A DNA stretch of 64,000 bases from Chrysomallon squamiferum (taxonomy: Eukaryota > Animalia > Mollusca). The stretch spans positions 13,640,001 through 13,704,000 of the forward strand of contig CM022673.1 in the NCBI GenBank assembly GCA_012295275.1. Reading direction: 5' to 3'. Each line of letters begins with the position of its first letter. Position 1 is the stretch's first letter. The translations under genes and the position numbers were made by a program. Shown piece by piece: positions 14,515 through 27,979 of the stretch. The notes beneath the pieces are model-generated. The model saw only the letters and a program-made list of their open reading frames with translations, searched no databases and had not been told where the DNA came from.

Positions 14515-15034
14515 TATTCACAAACACACGAAAAAGGAGCCTCAGCAAAAACAACAGTTACGCCAAAATGTAAAAGCTATGCTGATTGCCGTAACCGCAT
14601 AACTGGTGTAACACGTTTTGGTATCAGATTGAAAAATATACCCGAGGCAAAACTGAGAACTCTTCACAAACGAGTCGACATTAACAAGCGTACATTTGAC
14701 GTCGTCGTTCTAACCGACTGTTTTGTGTACTCGAGCAGTTAGGTGAGTTTTTAAAACTTGAATATGTTTATTCTTCTTCAGATATTGGGCTTTTAAAAAA
14801 AATACTGCTTCTGCAAATGTAACAACTAATACAAAAGCATCCCAACAATTTTAACTACTATTACTACTACTGCCACTAATACTACTACTGCTGCTGCTGC
14901 TGCTACTACTACTGCTACCACGACTACCACTATTACCATTTACTTACCTGTGTGTATAAACTCATGTATTGTATTATGTATATCGAATATGTCACAGATG
15001 CGTTAAGGAAAATATCTCATTAAATAAGTAATAT

Positions 15035-15065
<31 letters not shown>

Positions 15066-15405
15066 CAGCAAAATAATAAAAATAATAATAACTGAAAAAT
15101 TATTAATAAAAATGTATAGATTAAATCAAATATTTGTAAATACTACAGCTGAAGAAAATAAAATAGGCGATGTAATGAATACTTCATCTTATTTTACTGA
15201 AACAACACAGACGGAATCTTATCAGAATTGATATATAACAATACGTCTGCCACAGGCCTTTAACTGCCTGAAGTGTTTATAAATATAACTGGGAATTATT
15301 ATGAGCATGTAAAGAATAAAGCTGAAAAACCAGTTTCGTGATAATAATTATTTTAATTGATTTCTGCGATAAGCGCTCATATAGACTGAACAAATCTGAG
15401 AAAAA

Positions 15406-15456
<51 letters not shown>

Positions 15457-16148
15457 CATGTATACAAAAAAATAATTTAAATGCACGCTAATACGAAACA
15501 CTGCTATTAAAATATTTTGCATTTAGAGTTTTCTCTTTTCTGAAAATCACACTGCGTTGGTTAGTGAGCGATACAGCTAGTTTAATTTTATAGTCGTTTT
15601 GATTTTCAATAACTGGTTCAGAAAATTGTGTTAGAAGTCAAGTACGTTCGATTTATTATTTGTTGTTATTATTATTATTTAAAAAAAGAAGAAAATCAAG
15701 AAAAGGTTTAATATCTATAAATTACAATGCAAACGAATGTCAGAAATGTGGGTTGATAGAATAAGAAATTCGCGTAGATATTAGCTATTTTTCATTTCTT
15801 TCAGTCGTCTGTTTTTGCTTGGTCGTAGGAGACAACGAACAGTAAGTAAAAATTTCGTGATTTCGTCAAGTTATATTAACACTGACATATCACCAACACT
15901 AGCATGCACCACAACTACTACCACATCATTAGCAAAATGAAAAAATCTACTAGCAGGTATAATAAGCATTATTACATTATTTTCCAACATTATCAACTGT
16001 ATTATAGCACAACCGATGTAGTTGTTACAGTAATTTTCATCATCATTATCATGATAAATGTCATCACCAACATGAAAATTGTCATGATAATACGACGTCG
16101 ATGATGATAAAAATTAGTAAACAGAGGGGGTGTGTGTCTTTTTTGCAG
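13250..16148 (+). other. Candidate 5' non-coding exons/introns of glycosyltransferase copy 1
   Basis: Donor-like AG|GTGAGA (~13328), AG|GTGAGT (~14743) and A|GTAAGT (~15842); acceptor TTTTGCAG ends at 16148, 28 nt before the ATG. Confidence 0.35.
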
Positions 16149-16176
16149 CCAATAAGATCTTCATTTACAAGCGGCC

Positions 16177-17823
16177 ATGTTTGTTACTCGGAAGTTTTCC
16201 AGCATGCTGACGTTGTTGGTTATCTATGCTGTGTTGACGTCACTGATTATAATTTCTTACATAACAAAATCAGGCAGAATAACAGAAAATTCGGAAGACG
16301 TGTCAAAGTTCATTTTACAAATAAAACAACTCTTAGGTGCAAAAAACGAAACGAAAAGTACAGACAGTGTGTTTATGTTTGACGACCACAATCACGAGTT
16401 CAGTGCTGAAAATCGAGTTAATGTGTGTGAAATTTTTGACGTCATCAAATCTGTTGACGTCACAGTAAATTCTTTGAACTCACAGCTGTTCTGTGACGAC
16501 AAAGCCTATTCTAGCGACCTCGTTTGTAGATGGTTCTTTTACCAAGCTGACCTCCCAGAAAACAACATGTGTAGAAGAACTTCAAAAGACAACGTTGTGC
16601 CAAAAATTGTTTATTACGTCATCTTTGGCACTTACACGTTCAGATTCTGGGAATATATCAGTGTTCTTAGCGCAAAGAAGTTCATCAAACCTTCAGCTAT
16701 ATACGTTTTTGGTGATGCTCATCCAAAAGGAGTTTGGTGGGAGAGGGTAATGAGTGACATCAAGGGTGTGAGATTTATTTACAGAGAGAAACCAAAGATT
16801 GGGAACTGGACGGTGAAATGGAATCATCATCTATCAGATCTCGTCAGACTTCAGGTTTTGCTAGGTTTGTTTTTTCTTTATTTTATTTCTCCTGCATTAT
16901 ACTTTTGAATTATAGGTTCCTTATACGTGAATTTGGATGTGTTAGATTTTCTTTTTTACTTCTCATAAAAGGTGCAGTTATATAGAACAGTATTATTATT
17001 ATTTATTTAATGTTTTGAAATCTTTATAGTTATTGTTTAACTGTTATTTGACACATAGCTTTAAATATTTAAAACAGTGAAAATTTATTAAATTTGTAAT
17101 ATGTCTTCACTAAGTTCTTACATTATTTATTTATCTTATCAAGAGTTAGAGTACTGTTATAACGAGTAATTAGACATGAATAAAACACTTCAGTTATTCT
17201 CTCTTTCTAACAAGTGTTCCACGACTGCCTACCAGAATACATAGAGAAAGATTTTATGTTACTGTTGAAGTAAACGATATAAAAATATTGTTTATCTCGT
17301 CATCATATACTTCTTTTCACACCATTTCTTTATGAATATTGTTTTTCGTTTTTCAGCTAATGGTGGAATCTATTTGGACACAGATATGGTGATTGTTCGT
17401 TCCCTAGATCCGCTGCTTAACAACGATATAACAATGGGGCTCATAGAAAACGGCACAGGGATGGGAAACGCCCTTATTTTAGCCAGACGCGGTTCACCGT
17501 TTGTTAGAGAGTGGTACGAAAAATACAGAAACTACAACAATCAGGAATTTTATAAAAACTCGCTACATGTTCCTAGAGATATGTGGATTAAAAATCCTAA
17601 ATCTATTCATCTCGAATCTGACCGTTTCTACAGACCTAACTGGTTTGAAGCGGACCTTCTGTTTAGACGGAGTGACTTCCCTTGGAAAAACAATTACGCT
17701 GTACACGTATGGACCAATGGAAATCCAGTTCCGAAAAGTGAAGAAGAACTGAAATATAGAAATACAACAATTGTTCAAGTTTTCAGACATGTTCTGTATG
17801 ACAAAACTGATGACAAATCTTGA
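16177..17823 (+). CDS. GT32-like DXD glycosyltransferase (alpha-1,4-GlcNAc/Gal transferase-like), copy 1, 384 aa; coding exons 16177-16864 and 17357-17823
   Basis: N-terminal signal-anchor TM, Cys-rich stem, VPKIVYYV. A phase-1 GT-AG intron (CTAG|GTTTGT ... TTTCAG|CT) joins HLSDLVRLQVLL-A-NGGIYLDTDM, the Gly_transf_sug/GT32 signature SDxxRxxxL...GGIYxDxD. C-terminal HVW motif. Confidence 0.92.
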
Positions 17824-19169
17824 AGTTAATATCAGGTGATATCAACAGGATGTAAATATATGGCACATATGTCCAAGTGTTTGTTTTATTTGGTTTCAAA
17901 GGCACCGATTTTTGTTACAGTTAGAGAATGATAACGTTCTGTGAAGCCATGGAGATAACATTATACCTCGACTGATGTGATCTCTTTCGCAGAAATTTAA
18001 AAACTAAGATGTCATAACAACAACTGTCACTAATTTATTTACGTATCTTAATCCTGTTAGTAAAACATGATAAGTTCTTACAATATGTGTAAGGTTTTAC
18101 TTTGCATTGTGTTCGTTCTGTATAATTTGAGAGGTCATACGTCTTTCTTTACAGTTTAATTTTACAGCATAATTTTACTTTATTGTCTATACAGGTTGGA
18201 TTCCAGTAAGAAATAAAACAATAATGTGGAAATTATACATATAAATATAATAAAATATAATAGTGGTATATATATATACACACACACAGTCACGATTATT
18301 ATATTTGATCCGTTAGATACTTTAACATGAAAGCAGTTTATTTTTTATTTTCATAACAAATTATTTTATTTTATTGTCTTGTTATCAGTAATACTGGTTA
18401 AGCTATAAATCTACAAATAGAATTTCTGAGTTAGGAAAGCAAAAGCCAGATCAAAAAACAATGCCAATAAAGTAAGAGACATTTCTGTCGAACTTATTTA
18501 TTTCAAAGGTTTGTTATTGTTTGTGTTATTGTATCGATTCCTGAGGCGTTTATGTGTATGTGCGCCTGTGTGTATGTATGATATAAATTTTAAATTTTAT
18601 TTCATTTTCTTTTCAAATGTTTGTGATTGTCGTTTGTAAATTTGACAGTTTTGATATTTATTATTGGTATTAACTATTTTGTCAAGCAGCAGAACTGAAT
18701 AATCTAAATATATTCTGCATACTTCCAAGTTGTGTCAGTCGTTCCTTTATTGTTGTTGTTGATGTTGTTGTTGTTTATTCTTAATAACAAAGTACAGCAA
18801 CAAAAGACTACAGTTACAATTAAAAGAAAAAGAAAAAAGGAATGTAATGTTCCTCTAACTGAAAATTAAATAGAGAATTTATTTTACAGACAATGTTAGT
18901 TAATGCAATGACGTAATCAAAACAAAAGAAAACAGGGGAAGGGAAACAACTCTAATCCAGTGTCTAATTTCATTTGTTTGAGAATTAGCTTGACAACTGA
19001 AACAAAGGTCATTTGAATTCCAGACGTCGAGATGGAAACGTGTCTATACGTAACAACTGTTGTTAAAATTCTGAGCTGTATTTCCATTGTGTTAAAAAAT
19101 TTAAAAACCCAGTTACGAAGGATACATCAAGAGCATTATACTTTTCAACAAATCAACATATTATTGCTT

Positions 19170-19364
<195 letters not shown>

Positions 19365-19711
19365 AGCGCGCTATACGACATACTGAATTTTCTGTCTTGA
19401 TTTTCTTTGTTTGAGTGTGTGTATACGTATATATAAATGGGTGTAGATGTGACTGTGTATCATATATGAATGTGTGCATATGTTGTGACTGGGTGTGAGT
19501 ATGTATTTGTATGTTTGATTGTGTGCTTGAAGGTGTGTACATGGTTCTGTGTGGGTGTGTGGGTGTTCATGACAGATGCTGCCTTTGTTCAACACAAAGG
19601 GACGATTTACAGATTTAGAAAATATGACTTTTATCTGACACGGAATTAATACAGACAGCTGTATCTTAATCCACAAGAAAATCTCAAGAAATGTTACATA
19701 TTTGAGGAGGT

Positions 19712-19848
19712 TAAAGACATTTGAAACGAATTTCCACAGTGGCTAAGACATCTGAGCTGAATTTTGCACAGTGGCTTAAGATATTTCATCTCAGTCTGCG
19801 GCAGTGACTAAAAACATTTGAGCTGAATTTACCATTGTGGCTAAGACT
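19712..19848 (+). repeat. Degenerate ~31-bp tandem repeat (AAGACATTTGAGCTGAATTTCCACAGTGGCT), ~4 copies
   Basis: Recurring aagacat(t/c)tga...aattt...gtggctaag. Confidence 0.7.
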
Positions 19849-21629
19849 TTATAATTTTCTTATCGAAATTAGGGCAACGACCCGCAAGGTAACTGTGAAG
19901 AATTGATCTCGTGAGCTATCAGTTTACAGACAAACAAACAGCTATTGTGTTTACATCGATTATCTTGTATATCAAACGTCTCTTTATGTAAGTTTTCGAG
20001 AAATGTGAAAAAAAATACACGTTGTAATTCTTGTATTCAGTTACAACATGTCGGTTAAATGAAATAAGAAAGACCATTGTGTTTTAATAGAAAACTAAAT
20101 TTTATTATTTCTAGATTATTTCTAAACAAAATGACCAGCTTTCAGTAACAGCTATTTTGGTCAGTTTTCTTCTCTCTTGAATTATGTAGGGTGATTTTCG
20201 TTTGTTATTCTTGTTCCAGCTGCTGATAATCTTTATTGATACTGGTGAACATTTGTTCAAATATATACAATTTCAGTCATTCACCTTGTTGTTTAAACTT
20301 CTGACCTTCATGGTGTGAAGTGAAAGAATCGTTCTTTTCTTGGAGAGTGATACTCGACTATTTTCTTCAGTGGAGACGATCTGGCCGAAATGAACAGATT
20401 AGATGTTACACTGTCTAAAACGAACAATATCAGGCGCTGTGATTTGTGTGTTAACTGAAAGAAACTGAATTTCTTTTTCTGTTTTTGTTAGTCGTTTTAG
20501 TTAACTTTTGAAAGAAATTGATATTCTAATATGTTTTTCTTTTATCAAAGTTAATCAGAAAAGATATTCTAATATGTTTTCAAAGTTAGAAAACGACATT
20601 TGATAAAAATGGAATCGAGAAAAAAATCAAGTACTTCCGACTAACTCGCATAAATTGAGAAGTTTCTCCGAATTCAGATAAACCAGTTTGACGTTTGTAA
20701 GTTGAGTGTAAGATAATTTCATGTTTGTAACACCCACACGAGAAGTGTCGCCATTTTATCAGCTGTTGATGTTTGCATCCACACTCAGTTTTGTCTAAAA
20801 GAGAAATATATAATTTAAAATACGTAAAATAAAAACAAAATCAGAGTAGAAAACACAGTAAGGTCTGCCAAACTAAAAACATTAATGTCGTCTTTAATTT
20901 GACGCCGACGTGGAAAGATAATATGAAATATTATTTTGTTTAGTACAGAAATTTATTGTATAAATATGATTTTGTTTAATCTAATGCAATAATATTCTCT
21001 CCTCTTTTTTAATTTTTTTAATTTTTAAAAAAAAAATTCTTTTTTTTTAACTAGATTAAAAGCTTTACATTATCAAAAATCTGGTAGAGAAAATTCAAAC
21101 TTATCTTACAAGGAACATTTTAGAACATTTTTCTAAAAATCTTGTTTATGTTTTTTTGTATATAAGCAAAGACAAAGTTTTATAATTTTATATATATATA
21201 TATATATATTTTAAAATTAAAGGAACAAATGAATGAATGAATGAATGAATAAATAAATAAATAAAATGAAAAAATAAAATAAATAAATAAAAAATAAAGA
21301 AATCTATTCATCATAGACACACGCACTCACGGACACAAATACGTACAGACGCATACACGCGATCACAGACGTAAATTAATAACGACGACTAATCTTTGCG
21401 AGTGATCCTAGAATTTCCAAATTAAACATAGTTTGTCATATATTACATTTAAATATTTCACAAATATCAATACCATAAGACTATTTCTAGCATGTGATCG
21501 ATGTGCATGATGGGAAATTTTTGATTAATTGTATCATTTCGTCTCAAGTATTAAAAAATCTAGAAATAATTGTTTTGTTTTTTATAGACAGTAATTCATT
21601 GTTTTTTCAAAATTGCTGAAGATACTAAA

Positions 21630-22062
21630 TATAGTAGCTGTAGTCGTGGTAGTAGTAGTAGTAGTAATAGTAGTAACTGTAGCAGTAATAGTAGTAGTAG
21701 TAGTAACTGTAGCAGTAGTAGAAGTAGTAGTAATAGTACGAGTATTAGTATTGTAGTGTAGTAATAGTATCAATAGTAGTATTGTAGTATAGTAGTAGTA
21801 TAATAGTAGTAATAGTAGTAGTAATAGTAGTAGAGTAATAGTACGAGTAGTAGTAGAGTAGTAGTAGCAGAAGTATAGTAGTAGTAGTAGTACGAGAAGT
21901 AGTATAGTAGTAGTAGAGTAATAGTACGAGTAGTAGTGTAGTAGTAGTGGTAGTAGTAGTAGAGTAATAGTACGAGTAATAGTATAATAGTACAGTAGTA
22001 ATATAGTAGTATAGTAGAAGTAGTAGTAGTCGCAGCAGCAGCGGTAGAAGTAATTGTAGTAT
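21630..22062. repeat. Imperfect (AGT)n trinucleotide array
   Basis: Long agtagtagt tract with variant units. Confidence 0.95.
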
Positions 22063-23629
22063 AGATATCGAACGATTTATCCAGCAAGTTGGAACGTGAA
22101 TTTTTACAATTTCTGGATACAGGCTAAATATAATAATAAAAAATATAAATTAAACAGTGAAAAATAAAGAAACAAACTGCATTTAACAGAAACTTAAAAT
22201 TCTTAAAATACTTGTACAGAATACTATTTTTACTAATAAAGCTACGGTACCCTTAGCAGTAATAAATTCCGCATGTTCAAAGAAAAAAAAAAAAAAAAAA
22301 AAAAAAAACCCCCACTGTAGTAAATGGCTAATGAAACAAGTGCTGTCGTAAACCTACAGACAGTAAGAAATCTTAACAATCGTGTTAACTTTTATCACGA
22401 TATTGTCCCATAATCGTCACTGCTGTTTTTCACATATCGTTTTCAAGTATGGTGATCAGATTCGTCCTATCCCAATGGACTACAAGGGCTGCATCTCTTT
22501 ACGTCGTTTCTCTAAACTTGTTTCGTGGATGTACTGCATTTTGGAAAACAGCAGACGACCCTGTCAGTCAGAAGAACATTTACCTTTTCTGGTTAACTGC
22601 CTTAACTTTCTTAACTAATAAAGACGATAAGCTTATGGATTAGGCCCAAGGCAGGCGTGCATTTTCAAATAATTGATTCAACTCCATTTGACGGGGATTA
22701 TTACATAAATATTCAGCAGCTGTATCCATATATATATATATATAGTTTGTGTGTATGTATGTATGTATGTATGTATGTATGTATTTGTATACACATGTGT
22801 ATATGAATTTCTTGAAGATTTGTTTTTTTCAGCAGTGAAATGTATTTTTATGAAACATGTAACTCTGACCTAAACAAAGTACAAAACGTTAATACTAACA
22901 GTAATACTTTCATTGAATCATTTATTTTCATTTTGGTTTTTAGTTTTAATTTTGATTTGATTTGATTTATTTAAATTTTTCTTAAATTATAATTTTAGTT
23001 TTTTATATTCAGTTTATTTTGATTTTAATTTCTGTTTTCAGTTTAAATTAATTTTTTGATATTATTTTTTTCTTTTCTTTTCTTTTTATACTTTATTCTA
23101 TTTTTTTTTTTTTGACTTTTTTGATATTCAAAATCCAGTAGTAGTAATATTAGTATTTGTAGTAACAGAAAAGGTATATAAGTATATGGAAAATGCTGCC
23201 ATGCTGTCTGTGTAAACTGTTTATAGCACAGAACTGGGTAATTTCAAGTAAAAGTCAAAGCTCGTTTGTTATGGGAAAACAATCCGAGAAGCCTCTTACA
23301 TTTAAGTATAATAATTTCTGATTGTCAAATCCACTGATTAGCAGAAGCATTAGATATCATGGCCGTTAAATATTCACCGCTTATATATTTTCATAGTCGA
23401 TCCATTAAATGTTCAGAATTAAAGAAATTTTATTAAAATTTATAATTTATGATGTACGATTAATATTAAATTTTTTAAAAATAACATTTCGATATTTCTT
23501 TTTGCTTATGAATGATTCTCTTTCATTGATTTTAGTTAATTATTTTCATTTTTTAAATTTTTTTTCAAGAATTTCTCTTTAATGAAAACTCTCTATTTAA
23601 CATAATAATACATTTTGGTGATAATCGAA

Positions 23630-23750
23630 CGTTTCTGAAAATATTTCATTTGATAACGCCATCTACTTTAGTCACGTGATACACATTAGATACACATTAT
23701 GTTTGTAGTTAACAGTCCTCTTTTCCGTCGATAAACTGCACACGTAAGTA
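23630..23750 (+). promoter_or_regulatory. Putative promoter/first non-coding exon of GT copy 2 (paralogous blocks at ~29850-29960, ~35890-35998, ~41710-41821)
   Basis: CACGTG E-box at 23673-23678 and CAC|GTAAGT donor at 23744. The same block is kept upstream of copies 3, 4 and 5. Confidence 0.45.
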
Positions 23751-24419
23751 ACAAATAGCCATTTTTTCTTCTTTTTGTTTTGTTAAATCGTTTCAGTAAA
23801 TATTTTACGTTTTATTATTTATTTATTTATTTTTATATGATTTAATTAGTTTTTATTTATTTTAATTAGTTAAGTTAAATATGAATATTCGTAAGTATGT
23901 TCATGCTCTTATTTTTACCTATGAATAATATTACAGTAGTAAGAATATAAAGTAGTGGTAATATAAGTAATTGAAGTGATGGAAATGGGTAGTAAAATAT
24001 TAATAATAGTACCGGTAATAGTGGTAATAGTAGACTTAGTAATAGTTGCAGTTGTAGTAGTAGACCTGTCAACTCTCACGCATTTGTAAGAAAGATCACG
24101 CTCTCACGCAACGCTGCTATAATTTCACGCTTTATATATTTTCTGTTATTATGTACAAACATTAAGAAGTGATCGTATTTGCAAAACTGTGTTTCACTGT
24201 TGACAAAACTAATTACTATACAACTTGTTTGGTTTATTCTGGAATTTTCGAAGTAGACAATGACAATGACTTTATTATCCACTGTAGGATTACAGTACAG
24301 AGAAGAATGCATTGCAAGTATATTATAAGAAATTTAGAATTCACATCCAGGTTTGACGGGGTTTTGTTCATAACAGATTAACGGCAGCTGGACGGGATTT
24401 TGAAATGGTGCCGGTTTAT

Positions 24420-24543
24420 GTAGGACTCGCCTGGTTTTAACACTGAACTCACCTGGTGTAACATTGCACTCGCCTGGGTTCATATAGCACGCACATGGTT
24501 ATAAAAACGCACTCGGTTGGTTCACCGTTGCACTCGCCTGAAT
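24420..24543 (+). repeat. Degenerate ~21-bp tandem repeat (TTGCACTCGCCTGGTTTAACA), ~6 copies
   Basis: actcgcctgg / actcacctgg / actcggttgg recur with ~21-bp spacing. Confidence 0.7.
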
Positions 24544-24759
24544 TATGATGCTGAACGGTCCACTGTTTTTGTTACGTAACTGGTAAATGGATTCTGTTAT
24601 TGGTAGTGAACTCAAGAACGGCTAATAAAGTAAAAAGTGCCATTATGAATTACGATATTAAATACGAAAAGTAAATACCATTTCATTATCTAAAATAAGT
24701 ATTTGTAAATTGTCCTTTTCCTTTCTTGTTCTAATAGAATGTCATATAGAGCTTCGGAT

Positions 24760-26330
24760 TTTAACGTAACAGCCGTCACTGGTTAACAACCGTCTTCACT
24801 ATATTACAAAGAATATGTTGTTAAGTACTCAGTAAGATTATTCTTATTGCCTCTGAACTATTTATGTAATGGAAAAATCATTGGTCTTTCTTTTGAAACT
24901 GAAATGAAGCAGACCTTGCTTTTTTACAGATGTTAAAGATTTACAGTTCAATCGATATCGGTTTGTCATGCGCGTTACGTAACCAATATATGTGGAAATA
25001 AATGAAGCAACACCCAATTCTAATACCTAAATCTCTGTGAATCAAACAAACAGCATTTTTCTGAATCATTTATTGACATATAGCATCTTGCTGAACAGCA
25101 TGATTTTCGTGGACGTACTCAATGCACAAACGACGACGAACAAAGGACGCGAAATGTCATACCTTCAACATTGCTGAAACCAAGTTTGTAATGATTACAT
25201 ATTATATTCTCTCTTGTCAATCTGCACTGAATGTTCAATTCCATAATTGTCATGGCAGTCGTAAATTGCCAGAGCCAACACGTTGGCAAATTAGTGGCAT
25301 TAGAAATACAGGAATGTCCCTGGGAAACTGACATCAACTTGGGTGCAAGAGTTCCATCATCTGAAGACTGTTGAACAAACACAGCGCTGGCAATGATGTT
25401 AAAGATCTTCCAATACCTGGCAGACCCTGTGAGACAATAAGAGAGGACAAAGCCTTGTTGAAACTTGATATACGCCGTTCATGGGACTCCAGCACATCTT
25501 TAAAACAAGAGTGGCACCAGAGAGAACAATTTCCTATAGGATTATCAGGAATCAGCTAAAAGTAGCAGGATACAGGGCTAGAAAACTCATCAAGCATATA
25601 AAACTGTCTCCAATCACAGAACAACATGACTTGCCTTGTGTAATCAACGTGTTCGCTGGAAGACTGATCATGGAGACAAAGGAATATAGCCATGGTTCCC
25701 TATAATATCCTGGATACGGTTCTGTTTGGGAAGAGTTAATCATGGTATGAGAATTCATTTCCTTAGGTTGCAAAATAGTACTTATCAGCATTAATGGTAC
25801 TTATCAGCCTAGGTTTCAAGAAATATCCTTACCGAGTTGTTGTCCCGCACTTTGATAAACATCCACTCGCCACACGACCCATCATCATGCTTGACAATAA
25901 TGTGCCTCCCAGAGCAACATAATGCTATTGAGACCATTCCATGGCAAGCCATCAGTCCAGATCTCATTGTGGAACATTTTAGGACGTCGTGTTCGACAGA
26001 GAGACTCACCGGTCCAGACTCACAGTGAATCGACTGCTGCTTTGCATGAACACTGGAACAGGATTTCTCAAAATCAAATCCAAAGACTGATCCAGTGAAT
26101 GAGGAGGCGTCTTGAAGCAGCTGTTCGTGTGCATGGAGGTTAAATGAGACACTGATGGAAAGTCAATATTTGGACATTATTCTTCAGTTCCGTGAACCTG
26201 ACATGTATTATATTCAAGTAAACGACATTATGTCATTTCATGTAGCAGTTCATTAAAGATGCTTAGTGAGAGTAAATACGGCTGTTGCTTAACTAATTTC
26301 CTTATCAATAATTAAAATACAGAAAGACAG
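24760..26330 (+). mobile_element. Decayed Tc1/mariner transposon relic A (frameshifted transposase)
   Basis: Fragments RKLPEPTRWQISGIRNTGMS, PGRPCETIREDKALLKL (GRPR-like), IIRNQLKVAGYRARK, IPWQAISPDL (Tc1 WPxxSPDLNPIE) and WNRISQNQIQRLIQ*MRRRLEAAVRVHGG (Tc1 C-terminus). TIRs not resolved; ends approximate. Confidence 0.85.
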
Positions 26331-26931
26331 ATGTTGGTCCTCAGTTGAAATTGTCATACGATATTTTGTATTTTTTTTCACGTAACCTTTTAAGTATCTT
26401 CTGCAGCCCAGTCTTAATTACTAATAGAGATTAATGATAAAAGACTACAATTTAAAAATGTTATGTTTTTGTAGTTGTGACGTTCATGGCGGATCTGTTT
26501 GCTGCAATTAGTCTGCAGGCCTCAGAAAAATACAGCTACCAGTCTGCATGGTATTTAATGGCGTCACGACGACAGTTGTAAAAGCTTAAAATGGCGGCAC
26601 TGAGATGTTTTGTATGGAAATTATTTTACTGTAATACTTTATTACGAGTGTTGGTTGGTCGACCAAACCAATAAATTAATAACTTGAAATTGTTTTATTA
26701 CACAATTTATTCGTTCCGCCTCAGATATACTTCCAGCTTTTTGTTGTTTTGTTTTGTTTTTTTCGTTCGGAATTCATCGCCCGATTCTGTAAGACGCCGG
26801 AGAAACATCGTGATCGGCCGAAGTATTCCGAAGTAGTCTATAAAACCTAGTTGTTTTGTTATTGCTAATTTAGTTTACTGTAATTCTAATTGCAGACTTT
26901 GGGTTAATGGGTGATCAAAAACGAAGCGGCC

Positions 26932-27905
26932 ATGTTTGTTTCTGGAAAATTGACAGCAGTCACGACGATATTGATAGCGTATGGCCTGTTCACGTCTGTC
27001 GCCATTTTTATTTACGTCACATATACGGTAAAGATTCAAGAAAAGTCTAACTTTATTGTACGGATAAAGAATCTTTTGTTAGAAAATAAAGAAAACGAGA
27101 CGAACAATTTTTTTATGTTTGACGACCACAATCACGAGTTCATTGCTGAAAATCGAGTTAATGTGTGTGAAACGTTTGACTTCATCAGATCTGTTGACGT
27201 CACAGTAAATACTTTGAACTCACAGCTGTTCTGTGACGACAAAGCCTATTCTAGCGACCTCATTTGTAGATGGTTCTTTTACCAAGTTGACCTCCCAGAA
27301 AACAACATGTGTAGAAGAACTTCAAAAGACAACGTTGTGCCAAAAATTGTTTATTACGTCATCTTTGGCACTTACACGTTCAGATTCTGGGAATATATCA
27401 GTGTTCTTAGCGCAAAGAAGTTCATCAAACCTTCAGCTATATACGTTATTGGTGATGGTCATCCAAAAGGAGTTTGGTGGGAGAGGGTAATGAGTGACAT
27501 CAAGGGTGTAAGATTTATTTACAGAGAGAAACCGAAGATTGGGAACTGGACGGTGAAATGGATTCAACACCTATCTGATGTCGTCAGACTTCAGGTTTTA
27601 CTAGGTTTGTTTTATTTATTTTATTTCCCCATGAATTTGAACTGTAGATTCATTGTCTGTATTTGGATCTGCTTGACTTTCCTTTTACTTTTGGTAAAAA
27701 AATGCAATTTAACTGAACTATACTGGTTTTATTTATTTAATGTTTTGAAGTCTTTAAAGTTATTCTTTAATTGTTGTTTGACATTTGAGATTTAAATGAG
27801 TACTGTTAAAACCTAGACATGAACAATAAAGGTCCCCAAGTGTTCCTTAAAAAAAAAAAATAATAAAAAAATAAAATAAAATAAATAAATGAATGAATGA
27901 ATGAA

Positions 27906-27979
<74 letters not shown>

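Noticed and set aside
16493-17790. Conserved alternative-frame and antisense ORFs inside GT exons (MTTKPILATS..., MLESGTKN..., MSENLNN...)
   Set aside because: Conserved only because the host exons are near-identical duplicates; several begin at non-ATG codons and some are lost in other copies.
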